Positions 38,851 through 47,772 of a stretch of DNA of 56,813 bases are shown piece by piece. Every line of letters starts with the position of its first letter. Within the stretch, counting starts at the first letter, position 1. The DNA comes from Chthoniobacterales bacterium (GTDB taxonomy: Bacteria > Verrucomicrobiota > Verrucomicrobiia > Chthoniobacterales > UBA10450): the NCBI GenBank assembly GCA_013820755.1, contig JACDHZ010000001.1:1-56813 (forward strand). The letters are read 5' to 3'. Below the pieces are notes generated by a model. That model searched no databases, was not told the origin of the DNA, and saw only the letters and a list, made by a program, of their open reading frames with translations. Made by a program: the position numbers and the translations under genes.

Positions 38851-39495
38851 TTAGGCAGGCGCGAAAGCAGCCTTTCGTTTCAGCGAAAGGAAAGCGGGGT
38901 GACGGTGGATCTGTTCCATCGCCTGGCCGAGGAGCGCCTTTCCCGGCGGAATGCGATGCCACGGCGAAGCACCGGACGGATGAGGGAGAGGGATGAGGTC
39001 GAACGCGCGGCCGCCGCGGCGCAGTCGAAAAGCACGGCCAATCACCCCGTCGAGTTTGCTCACGACGATGAACTGCGAAATTGCGAGCTTGCCTACCGCG
39101 ATAACGAGTTGCGGTCGCAGGATGTGGAACTCGTCGTTCATCCAGCCAGCGCAATTCCGAATCTCATCTGGCGCGGGCACGCGGTCGCCACCGCTCGTGT
39201 TCTTCCCCGGGAAACACCGGCAAACGGCTGCGAAGTAAATTCGCGCACGCACTTCAGCTTCGTCCAAGCCGCAGAATTGGTTGAACCAGCCGAAGAGCGT
39301 GCGGCCAGCCGTCCACGCGAACGGCCGCGCAAGTACAGGTTCTTTCACACCTGGAGCCTGCCCAATCAGCATCACCCGGCTCAGGACCGCGCCACCAGAC
39401 ACGGGCGGCGGAAGCATGCGCGGGCAGCGGCGGCATTGGCGCAATGCGGCGACATGAGCGGCGAGGCGGGACTGGTGTTCGACGCGTGTAGCCAT
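38851..39495 (-). CDS. Uracil-DNA glycosylase superfamily protein (family 4/5-like)
   Basis: CRRCPRM, GQAPGVKE (motif A) and LPHPSG (motif B). Confidence 0.8.
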   Translation of the reverse strand: MATRVEHQSRLAAHVAALRQCRRCPRMLPPPVSGGAVLSRVMLIGQAPGVKEPVLARPFAWTAGRTLFGWFNQFCGLDEAEVRARIYFAAVCRCFPGKNTSGGDRVPAPDEIRNCAGWMNDEFHILRPQLVIAVGKLAISQFIVVSKLDGVIGRAFRLRRGGRAFDLIPLPHPSGASPWHRIPPGKALLGQAMEQIHRHPAFLSLKRKAAFAPA

Positions 39496-39504
39496 TCCGC
39501 CGCG

Positions 39505-39717
39505 CTATCGGCGAAAAAAAGAGATGATCACCGTCAGCACGATGCTGATGATAATGCAGGTAACCACCGGGAAGTAGAACGCGGAGTTGCCGCGCTCGAT
39601 GCGGATATCGCCCGGCAGACGCCCGAGCCAATCGGCACCGAAGCCGCTCCAAAGCACCGCGCCGGCTACGGCAAGGAGCAGGCCGACGAGCATCAACAGC
39701 TTTCCGAATTCCGGCAC
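39505..39717 (-). CDS. DUF2905-family small membrane protein
   Basis: LGRLPGDIRIERGNSAFYFPVVTCIIISIVLT matches the family signature as I recall it. Confidence 0.7.
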   Translation of the reverse strand: MPEFGKLLMLVGLLLAVAGAVLWSGFGADWLGRLPGDIRIERGNSAFYFPVVTCIIISIVLTVIISFFRR

Positions 39718-39854
39718 GTCGGAATATCTCCGAAAGGCAAGGGCAGATCAAACATTGCAGAGTCTCTGGACGGCTAGCCGATGCTAACAAACAGCACACA
39801 CGCGATGTGCCGCGCAGTTGCGCAACGAGATGAAGAACGGAAATTCCCCAAGCG

Positions 39855-40814
39855 ATGGCTGTTCAGTTCCGAGATTATTATGAGACCCTTGGCGTCTCGA
39901 AGAGTGCGACCGCAGACGAGATCAAAAGCGCTTTCCGCAAGCTCGCCCGCAAGCACCATCCCGACGTCGCGAAGGACAAGAAGGCCGCGGAGGAGAAGTT
40001 CAAGCAGATCAATGAAGCTTACGAGGTCCTCAGCGATCCAATCAAGCGGCAAAAATATGATCAGCTTGGAGCCGACTGGAATCAGCCAGGCGGCGGGTTT
40101 CAACCACCTCCAGGGTGGGGACGGCAGCAGGCGGGCGGCGGCACTCCGTTCGGTGGTGGCAATGGTGGTGTCGAGTTCGAGTTCGGCGGCACTGGGTTCA
40201 GCGATTTCTTCGAGGCATTCTTCGGCGGCGGCCGCGCTCAATCGGGGTTTGGCCGCGGCGGGTTCGCGGGCCGGGAAGCAACGGCAGAGCGAGGGAGCGA
40301 CGTCGAAGCTGATATTATGGTGACGCTCGAAGAAGCGCTGCACGGCTCGAAGCGAACAGTGTCGCTACGGCGAAGCTCTTCGAGCAAGGTCGAGAGTTAT
40401 ACAGTCAGGATTCCGCGCGGCGTGCACGAAGGTCAGCGGATCCGATTGGCTGGACAAGGCGAAGCTGGCGCCCGCGGCGGGAAGAGTGGTGACTTGTTCC
40501 TGCGCGTGCGCATGGCTCGCCACCCTGACTTTACAGTGGAAGGAAGCGATCTCGTGCATGAACTGGAGCTCGACCTTTGGCAGGCAGTGCTCGGCACCGA
40601 GCTCGAGGTGCCGACGCTCGAAGGCAAGGCGCGCATGAAGATCCCTCCAGGAACCCCACAAGGACAGCGCTTCCGCCTGCGGGCGAGGGGGCTGCCCAAT
40701 TCCTCTGGCAGCCGCGGGGATCTTTACGTTGTGATCGAACTCTGCGTCCCGAAGAAGCTGACCGATCGCGAGCGCGAGCTCTGGACGCATCTCGCGGAGT
40801 TCCACGGCAGCTGA
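39855..40814 (+). CDS. DnaJ-class co-chaperone without zinc finger (CbpA-like)
   Basis: J-domain DYYETLGV...KHHPDV...EAYEVLSD, a G/F-rich linker and two C-terminal beta domains. No CxxCxGxG repeats. Confidence 0.85.
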   Translation: MAVQFRDYYETLGVSKSATADEIKSAFRKLARKHHPDVAKDKKAAEEKFKQINEAYEVLSDPIKRQKYDQLGADWNQPGGGFQPPPGWGRQQAGGGTPFGGGNGGVEFEFGGTGFSDFFEAFFGGGRAQSGFGRGGFAGREATAERGSDVEADIMVTLEEALHGSKRTVSLRRSSSSKVESYTVRIPRGVHEGQRIRLAGQGEAGARGGKSGDLFLRVRMARHPDFTVEGSDLVHELELDLWQAVLGTELEVPTLEGKARMKIPPGTPQGQRFRLRARGLPNSSGSRGDLYVVIELCVPKKLTDRERELWTHLAEFHGS

Positions 40815-40861
40815 TGGCCTTTGCCTCGACAGCAGATGCGTTGCTCCGCTAACAACGCGGG

Positions 40862-41290
40862 ATGAAGATCGCCCTTGGGACGGATCACGCGGGCTTTCGC
40901 CTGAAGGAAAAGGTGAAGCAACTCCTTCAATCGCTTGATCACGAGGTGCGCGATTTCGGAACCTTCAGCGAAGAGCCGGTGGATTATCCTATGTTCATCC
41001 GGCCGGCGGCGGAATCTGTTTCCGCCGGGGAATGTGATCGCGCGATCGTCTTCGGCGGGTCGGGCAACGGTGAGGCGATGGCAGCGAACAAAGTGCGTGG
41101 CGTGCGTTGTGCGCTCTGTTGGAACGAAGAGGTCGCGCGGCTTTCGCGGCAGCACAACGATGCGAACGTCCTCTCGTTAGGGGAACGCGTGATCCCCGAA
41201 GAGACAGCACTCGCCGTTGTCCGGGTGTGGCTTACCACTGACTTCCAAGGCGGTCGCCACGCCAGGCGGATCGCTCAACTGGACGGCTAG
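40862..41290 (+). CDS. rpiB: Ribose-5-phosphate isomerase B
   Basis: IALGTDHAGFRLKE, GSGNGEAMAANK and RHARRI motifs. Confidence 0.9.
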   Translation: MKIALGTDHAGFRLKEKVKQLLQSLDHEVRDFGTFSEEPVDYPMFIRPAAESVSAGECDRAIVFGGSGNGEAMAANKVRGVRCALCWNEEVARLSRQHNDANVLSLGERVIPEETALAVVRVWLTTDFQGGRHARRIAQLDG

Positions 41291-42198
41291 ACGTGCCGCA
41301 CCCGCAGTAGCAGATCGGTCCAGGTTGCGACGAGAAAAAGGGCGCTGACGAAGGCGTTGCTGTGGAAAAATGCGCGGTTGATCGCTGCCAGATCAAGACG
41401 GGCAGCGGAGCGGTGTTCATACCAGAGCGCCCCCGCGACGAGCGGCATCGCGGCGAAGTACACGAACTGGAGCCTTGCCACCAATCCGAAGCCGATCAGC
41501 GCTGCGAACATCGCGAGGTGCAGCCATTGTGCCACACGAAGGCTACGGATAATTCCAAGCCTCACGACCAGTGACCTGAGGTGCTCGCGACGGTCGAATT
41601 CGTAGTCCTGCGTCGCGTAAATCAAGTCGAATCCGGCGACCCAGCAGATCACCCCAAACCCAAGCAGAAGCGGCGGCAGAGCGAGGCTGCCTGTCGCGGC
41701 AATCCACGCTCCGGCTGGCGCGATCGCCAAAGCAAGGCCGAGGAAGAAATGTGTCGCATCGGTGAAGCGTTTGGTGAGTGAGTAGAAGAAGATAATCGCG
41801 AGAGCCAGCGGCGAAAGGAGCGCTGTCAACGGGTTGATAGCGCTGGCGGTGAACAAAAAAGCGCTGGCAAAGGCAACCAGCAGGAAAATGACCGCTGTCT
41901 GCGGGATGAGACGATGGCGCGTTGCTGTGCGGGGGTTTCGCTGGTCGAGCGACCAATCCGCGAGACGGTTGAAGAGCATCGCTGCCGTGCGCGCCAGAAC
42001 CATGCATGCAAGCACGAGCAGAAACGTGCGTGCGGATGGTCGACCGCCGGATGCGACGAGCAGCGCCCCAAGCGCGAACGGCAGTGCAAAAATCGTGTGT
42101 GAGAACCGGATCAGCCGCAGGAAACGAGATAGCGAACTGCCGTCTTCGACCGCTCGCGCATCAGGCGCGCGGCAGATCGCCTCGTCAGGTTTCACCAT
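41287..42198 (-). CDS. UbiA-superfamily aromatic prenyltransferase (candidate menaquinone MqnP / 4-hydroxybenzoate-type)
   Basis: NRLADWSLD (NxxxDxxxD) and a second Asp-rich region YATQDYEFD. About 8 TM helices. ATG at 42198 lies inside the MBL-like gene's 3' end (14-nt overlap). Confidence 0.8.
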   Translation of the reverse strand: MVKPDEAICRAPDARAVEDGSSLSRFLRLIRFSHTIFALPFALGALLVASGGRPSARTFLLVLACMVLARTAAMLFNRLADWSLDQRNPRTATRHRLIPQTAVIFLLVAFASAFLFTASAINPLTALLSPLALAIIFFYSLTKRFTDATHFFLGLALAIAPAGAWIAATGSLALPPLLLGFGVICWVAGFDLIYATQDYEFDRREHLRSLVVRLGIIRSLRVAQWLHLAMFAALIGFGLVARLQFVYFAAMPLVAGALWYEHRSAARLDLAAINRAFFHSNAFVSALFLVATWTDLLLRVRHV

Positions 42199-42817
42199 CG
42201 AGCAGTTCCGCGAGGCGTGCCCGAGCATTCGACAGAATCGGTGCGCCGTGGGCAAAGAGCATCCGACCGAACTCTAGCTGCAGGAGCTTGTGCAGAGATT
42301 TGCGGAGACGTTTCTGATCCTCACAGTATTTCGCCGGCAGCAATCCGAACCCAGTCGACCCGAAATTGATAAGTGCATCGCCGATCACCAGCGTGCCTCC
42401 TTCCGTCCGGTCATGTAGCGCGATTTCGCCGCGAGCACCGCCGCTTAGCTCGATAACTTCCAAACCAGGTATGGCTGACGTGCCTTCGGTGATGGGTGTA
42501 ACGCTGATGCCGGCCAGCGCGGGCTCCGCTCTAAAATGAGCGAAGACTGGCAGGCTCAGTTTCTCGGAGAACTCTGCGGTTGCTCGAGCGTGATTTTCGT
42601 TGGTCACTATGATGGCGGTGATGGCGGTTCCGACCAGCGCTTGAACTGCATTCGGCGGTAGAGACACTGGATCGATGATATATCTGCCGCGATCGGTGTT
42701 GACGGCAGTTGATGACAGGTCCGCTTTCACTGTCGGATCGTAGGTCTGCCAAATCACGTAGCGATGGTCGAGCTCGTGAATGTCTACGTGTAAGCTACGC
42801 ATGATGTATTTGCGCAA
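42185..42817 (-). CDS. MBL-fold protein with degenerate metal motif 1
   Basis: Layout YIIDPV...AIIVTNENHARA (in place of THxHxDH), GGARGEIALHD, VIGDAL and FAHGAPI. Confidence 0.6.
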   Translation of the reverse strand: MRKYIMRSLHVDIHELDHRYVIWQTYDPTVKADLSSTAVNTDRGRYIIDPVSLPPNAVQALVGTAITAIIVTNENHARATAEFSEKLSLPVFAHFRAEPALAGISVTPITEGTSAIPGLEVIELSGGARGEIALHDRTEGGTLVIGDALINFGSTGFGLLPAKYCEDQKRLRKSLHKLLQLEFGRMLFAHGAPILSNARARLAELLDGET

Positions 42818-42941
42818 TGCTCTGTGGGGCGGCCATTATTGTCATTTTTCTGCTGCCGCACTACGCAGAACACTCTTTCGACGCATCTTCTGCGCTGAGC
42901 AGTGGCATCATAGCTGCTACTTTCTTTATAACCACAATAGA

Positions 42942-44165
42942 ATGATCACCTTCTCCTACCAGGCTCGTGATGCGTCCGGAAAGATCGTCTCCGGAATCCA
43001 GGACGCACTCAATGAGGATAATGCTGTGACTAGCCTCATGAGCCGTGGGCTCATGGTGCTCTCCCTCCAACAAAAGGCAGGGGCAAACCGCGTCCGAAAA
43101 AAGGTTTGGAAGGTTAAAGAGACCGACCTTGTGCTCTGTACACGGCAGCTTTCCACGATGGTTGAGGCGGGTATTTCTCTCGTCCAGGCGCTCACGGCTT
43201 TGTATGACCAATCCGATCCTAAACGGCAGAAGGGTCTTCGTGAGGTAATCAACGACGTCACCACGCGCGTCCAAGGCGGCGAGACGTTCCACGAGTCCCT
43301 CGGCAAGCACCCCCGGGTGTTCGACCGCCTTTATGTCAGCATGGTCAAAGCTGGCGAACATGGCGGCTTGCTCTCGGAGATTCTGGATCGGCTGGCAGGG
43401 TTCCTTGAGGCGAGTGCGCGTCTGCGTAAAAAGATCAAGTCCGCGATGACTTATCCGACGATCGTGATCACCATTGCGTTCGCGATTACCACGTTCCTGA
43501 TCGTGAAGGTAGTCCCGGTCTTCGGCGGCATCTTTGCTGATTTCGGTGCAAAGCTTCCCGCGCCGACGCAATTCCTGATCGACCTAAGCGACTTTATCCG
43601 GGGCCAGTGGTACTATCTGGTCGCGGTAATCGCGGGTGTGTTCTTCGGAATCCGCACCTTCCTGCGTTCAAAGCGCGGCCGGCAGATCTGGGATAAGTGG
43701 AAACTGAAAATGCCGGTGTTCGGACCGCTCGCGCACAAAATCTGCATGTCGCGGTTCGCTCGCACCTTCGCGCAGCTGATTCGCAGTGGTGTCCCCATTC
43801 TGGAAGTGCTCGACATTGTAGCTGCAGCTTCTGGCAATCATGTGATCGAGACCAGCGTCAAAGGGGTCGCCTCTGACGTGGAGAAAGGCGATAACCTCTC
43901 GGTCGCGATGTCTAAGAAGCCGATCTTTCCGCCAATGATGTTGCGCATGGTGTCGGCTGGCGAAGCTACGGGCAAGATCGATACGATGCTGGAGAAAATG
44001 GCGGACTTCTGGGACGAAGAGATCGAGGCGCTGCTGGACGCGCTCACATCATTGATCGAGCCAATGTTGATCGTTTTCCTTGGTGTAATCGTCGGCGGTA
44101 TCGTGATCGCGATGTTCCTGCCGATCTTCAAACTTAACGAAATAGTTTCACAGAGCAAAAGCTAG
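42942..44165 (+). CDS. Type II secretion / type IV pilus platform protein (GspF/PilC family)
   Basis: Two T2SSF-type repeats (QLSTMVEAGISLVQAL... and FAQLIRSGVPILEVL...) and three TM segments. ATG at 42942 inside ORF 42780..44165. Confidence 0.9.
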   Translation: MITFSYQARDASGKIVSGIQDALNEDNAVTSLMSRGLMVLSLQQKAGANRVRKKVWKVKETDLVLCTRQLSTMVEAGISLVQALTALYDQSDPKRQKGLREVINDVTTRVQGGETFHESLGKHPRVFDRLYVSMVKAGEHGGLLSEILDRLAGFLEASARLRKKIKSAMTYPTIVITIAFAITTFLIVKVVPVFGGIFADFGAKLPAPTQFLIDLSDFIRGQWYYLVAVIAGVFFGIRTFLRSKRGRQIWDKWKLKMPVFGPLAHKICMSRFARTFAQLIRSGVPILEVLDIVAAASGNHVIETSVKGVASDVEKGDNLSVAMSKKPIFPPMMLRMVSAGEATGKIDTMLEKMADFWDEEIEALLDALTSLIEPMLIVFLGVIVGGIVIAMFLPIFKLNEIVSQSKS

Positions 44166-44189
44166 GAGAAGGCTGATGCTAGGTAGCGG

Positions 44190-44227
44190 GAAGGGGTGGG
44201 TCGCAAGACCTGCCCCTTCTTGTTTTT
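44190..44227 (+). terminator. Rho-independent terminator after the PilC-family gene
   Basis: 13-bp stem GAAGGGGTGGGTC / GACCTGCCCCTTC (two G-U pairs), GCAA tetraloop, followed by TTGTTTTT. Confidence 0.75.
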
Positions 44228-44235
44228 CACCTCGG

Positions 44236-44994
44236 TCAGCCTGCCAGGCGGTTTTTTCTGCCGACGAGGAGACTTAGCGGCCAGCGCACAACGCGTGCGG
44301 CTGCCGCGAGTTGCCACACGTAGCAGAGTTCCGCGCCAAGCGTTCCGACCGGATCGAACCCGCGCGCCCTGATGAATTTCTGTGTCGCCGACCATGTGCG
44401 CAGATAACCGAGCAACTGTTCGAGGTTCCATCGGGCGCTCATCTCGAACAGCGGCGGTGTAATCTTCGCGAAGGGAAACTCGAGATCGCGATAGCCGGAC
44501 TCCACGATCACGCGCTCCGGTGGCCAGAACGGTGCAGTCGTCTCGAAGTAAAATCTGCTCACCAGCGCATCGACTTCCGGCGTTATGCCGAGAAGATTAT
44601 AGGCCCAGACGGCGATCACGCCTCCCAGCCTGAGCACCCGCCGCGCCTCAGCGAAGAACGCCGGAATATCGAACCAGTGGAGCGCTTGCGCGACTGTCAC
44701 CAGATCGGCAGAATCAGCCGGTAATCCGCTGTTCTCCGCTGGAGCGACTCGATACTCGACGCGCGGATGCGGCTCTGCCCTTTCGATTTGTTGCGGGCTC
44801 GCGTCGGTGGCGACGACCCGCTCGAAGTGTGCTCCCAAACCAACGGCAGCCTGGCCATTGCCGGTGGCGCAATCGCACGCCAGTTCACGTGCCGGTGCGA
44901 GCAGAGCGAGATAGGAAAACAGCGATTCGGGATATCGCGGACGAAACTGCGCATACTGCTCCGCATGTCCTGAGAAATGATCTTTGAACTTCAC
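44236..44994 (-). CDS. Class I SAM-dependent methyltransferase (Methyltransf_11-like)
   Basis: FKDHFSGHAEQYAQFRPRYP N-terminus, motif I ACDCATGNGQAA and GGVIAVWAY. GTG start at 44994 overlaps the lhr stop (GTGA). Confidence 0.8.
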   Translation of the reverse strand: MKFKDHFSGHAEQYAQFRPRYPESLFSYLALLAPARELACDCATGNGQAAVGLGAHFERVVATDASPQQIERAEPHPRVEYRVAPAENSGLPADSADLVTVAQALHWFDIPAFFAEARRVLRLGGVIAVWAYNLLGITPEVDALVSRFYFETTAPFWPPERVIVESGYRDLEFPFAKITPPLFEMSARWNLEQLLGYLRTWSATQKFIRARGFDPVGTLGAELCYVWQLAAAARVVRWPLSLLVGRKNRLAG

Positions 44995-47573
44995 GTCTCG
45001 GGATTGCTGCGGCTGAAAGCGACTTCCTCCACACGCGCATACATCTCGCGATAGATTCTCTCGATCGCGCTCGCCGGATCTTCGAGCATCATCGTTTCTT
45101 TGATCTTGCTTGCGTAGATCGGGAACGAAAACGGCGAGACAGCAGGTAACTCGAGCAAGATCCAGCGAAAGCTCTGCACGCGATCCAGAAACGCATACGC
45201 CTGCTCCGCATCGAGAAAGATGTGCATTGCCTGCCGATACGCTTCGCGCAGCAACGGGTGATTCGGCTCGTGTTGTTCGAGCACGCGGAACAACACCTCC
45301 GAGCTCCAGCTGAGTTGTTTCGGTTTCCGCTTCTGGCCCGGTAAATTGCGTGGGACCATCAGGCCTGTCTGCGAGACGCCCCGGAATTGCCACTTCACCA
45401 ACTCGGAGCCGCGGAGCGCTGCATAAAGGTCCTCCTCTGCACCTTCGCGCTCAAAGCAGAGTCGCCAATCCTCCATGGGCATCTCCTGGAAGGGGCGCAG
45501 TGTCAGCAGGAAGCCGTAGTCGTCTATCGTCGCGAGCGCATTCCCGCCAATCCGGTTCTTCACGCGCCAGGCGACAATGCGCGAGAGCGCATCGTTCGCA
45601 CTACGTCCGATCAGCGAGTGGAAGAAGTAATGCGAGTGTTCGCCTTCGCGATATAGCTCGATCAGCATCTTCTCGCCCACCGGCAGCTCCGAGATGCTGA
45701 GCTGCGCGCGGAACTGCTCCAGGATGGCTTCAGCGTTGGCGATCGAAATCGCGAAATTCTCGACCAGCCAATCCAGCGGCTCCGAAGCCGAAGGTTCCTG
45801 TGCGATTTTGTCTGCTAAATCGGATCGTAGCTCCCTCACCGCGCGAGCTAGCCCCGACGTAAGTGGCATCTTCGCCGCGTTCCAGCGCGGGATCGTCGGC
45901 AGGTGACCATCGGCACGCTCGACGTATGCTGCCTGCACCGCTGTCTCCAGCAGCCGCACCGTTCGCCCGCCGAGCACAAACAAATCCCCGATCTGCAGCT
46001 GTTTGATGAAATTTTCTTCGACTGAACCAAGCCGCCTGCGGCGCATGAAAACATCGACGAAGCTTTCCGAAACGATCGTGCCGATGTTCACAAGAAACTC
46101 GCGCGCAATCCGTGGATGAGTGAGCGAGACGATGCCATTCTCATCTACGGTAATCTTCCCGAAAAGGCCGCGATATTGAGCAGCAAGGGACGAGCCGCCT
46201 CCTTGCAGGTAGTTCAGAATCTCGTCGAACTCGGCGCGCGAGAGTTCCCGAAACGGAAACGCGCCCCGTATGATCTCGAACATCTCGGCCGCAGCAGTCG
46301 GCGCTTCGGCTGCCATCCCGACGACATGCTGCGCGATCACATCTACCGGCTGCTCCTGAATCCGGATCGGATCGAGAATTCGCTGCCTAACGAGTCGCGC
46401 CGTTACTGTCGCCTCGACGAGATCGTTGATGTTTGTGGCGACGAGAACGCCGTGGCTGTTCTTGTTCAACGAATGTCCGGACCGGCCTATACGCTGGATG
46501 GCGCGCGAGACACCTTTCGGCGTCGCGACCATCACCACGAGATCGACAGCACCGATGTCGATCCCGAGCTCCAGACTGGTCGAACACGCGACCGCGCGGA
46601 GTTCGCCGTTCTTCAGTCGATCTTCCACCTCCATCCGCACGCTGCGATCAAGTGACGCATGGTGCGTTTCGATCTGATTCGCGAGATCCGGCAGTAGCTC
46701 CTTCAGCTTCAATCCGAGCTGCTCCGCGGCTGAGCGGACATTCGTGAAAACGATTACCGATCGTCGCGAGCGGATCAGTTGCGCGAGCTCCTCGTAAAGG
46801 CGTGCTCCGGTGTAGCCTGCGGGCGGATACGGTTTCCGTCGGATCGGCGAAAAGACCTCCACAATTGACTCCTTCTGGAGCTTCGCTTCGGCAATGCGGC
46901 AGCTGCGGCCGACGCCGACAAGAAACTGCGCAAGCAACTCCACCGGCGCCGCCGTCGCCGAGAGACCCACCCGACAAAACTCACGTTCTCCGCAGTGCTG
47001 CTGGAGTCGCTCCAGCGACACGCTCAGATCAGCGCCTCGCTTGTTGCCGGCGAACGAATGCAGCTCGTCGACGATCACGAACTCCGTGCTCTGCAGATGC
47101 TCGCGATAAGCATCCTGCGCCAGCATGACTGCGAGGCTTTCCGGCGTCGTAACGAGCACGTGGGCGCCTCTTCGTTTGAACGACGCGCGCCGTGCAGCAG
47201 TCGTGTCGCCGGTGCGAGAATGGACGCGCAGTTCCTTCTCCAAGCCCATTCCACTGATTGGCGCGCTCAGGTTCTTCTCGATGTCATAGGCGAGCGCGCG
47301 AAGTGGAGAGACGTAGATGCATTGCACTCCGCCGGTAAGCTCACCCGCATCCAGCTTGCGCAGCAGCGAGTCGAAGATACCGAGAAATCCCGCGAACGTC
47401 TTTCCGCTCCCGGTCGGCGAGGTCATCAGGATCGAGTGGTGCTCCAGAATTGCCGGCACGCAGAGCAACTGCGCATCCGTGAAGTTGCCGTAGGTGCGGC
47501 GGAACCACTTTGCGAGTCGCGGATGCAGTCGCTTCTGCAACGCGACCGACTCAGGGTTCAGACGTGCGGCCAC
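44991..47573 (-). CDS. lhr: Lhr-type (Lhr-core) DEAD/DEAH-box ATP-dependent helicase
   Basis: Walker A SPTGSGKTF, DELH box, SAT, QRIGRSGH motif VI, and a long C-terminal DEAD-associated region. 860 aa; GTG start. Confidence 0.85.
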   Translation of the reverse strand: MAARLNPESVALQKRLHPRLAKWFRRTYGNFTDAQLLCVPAILEHHSILMTSPTGSGKTFAGFLGIFDSLLRKLDAGELTGGVQCIYVSPLRALAYDIEKNLSAPISGMGLEKELRVHSRTGDTTAARRASFKRRGAHVLVTTPESLAVMLAQDAYREHLQSTEFVIVDELHSFAGNKRGADLSVSLERLQQHCGEREFCRVGLSATAAPVELLAQFLVGVGRSCRIAEAKLQKESIVEVFSPIRRKPYPPAGYTGARLYEELAQLIRSRRSVIVFTNVRSAAEQLGLKLKELLPDLANQIETHHASLDRSVRMEVEDRLKNGELRAVACSTSLELGIDIGAVDLVVMVATPKGVSRAIQRIGRSGHSLNKNSHGVLVATNINDLVEATVTARLVRQRILDPIRIQEQPVDVIAQHVVGMAAEAPTAAAEMFEIIRGAFPFRELSRAEFDEILNYLQGGGSSLAAQYRGLFGKITVDENGIVSLTHPRIAREFLVNIGTIVSESFVDVFMRRRRLGSVEENFIKQLQIGDLFVLGGRTVRLLETAVQAAYVERADGHLPTIPRWNAAKMPLTSGLARAVRELRSDLADKIAQEPSASEPLDWLVENFAISIANAEAILEQFRAQLSISELPVGEKMLIELYREGEHSHYFFHSLIGRSANDALSRIVAWRVKNRIGGNALATIDDYGFLLTLRPFQEMPMEDWRLCFEREGAEEDLYAALRGSELVKWQFRGVSQTGLMVPRNLPGQKRKPKQLSWSSEVLFRVLEQHEPNHPLLREAYRQAMHIFLDAEQAYAFLDRVQSFRWILLELPAVSPFSFPIYASKIKETMMLEDPASAIERIYREMYARVEEVAFSRSNPET

Positions 47574-47772
47574 GCCCTACACTACGCGTCCTTACTGCAC
47601 GCACGCCACCGAAGGCGAGGCGGAGTGGCCGTGAAAATTCACCGCCACGATCGACAATGGTGTGGCGCTCGCGATATCGCGGGAGCGCAGTGCTCCGATG
47701 CGAGGTCCCTCAAAATCTGCGCGGCATTCGGGATGACAGCCGGTCGCGCTCCGCGCTGTCTCCGTAGGGGCG

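Noticed and set aside
38665-39777. 370-aa plus-strand ORF
   Set aside because: It is antisense to the ThuA-like, uracil-DNA glycosylase and DUF2905 genes, all of which have clear family motifs. Its composition is low-complexity and Arg-rich.
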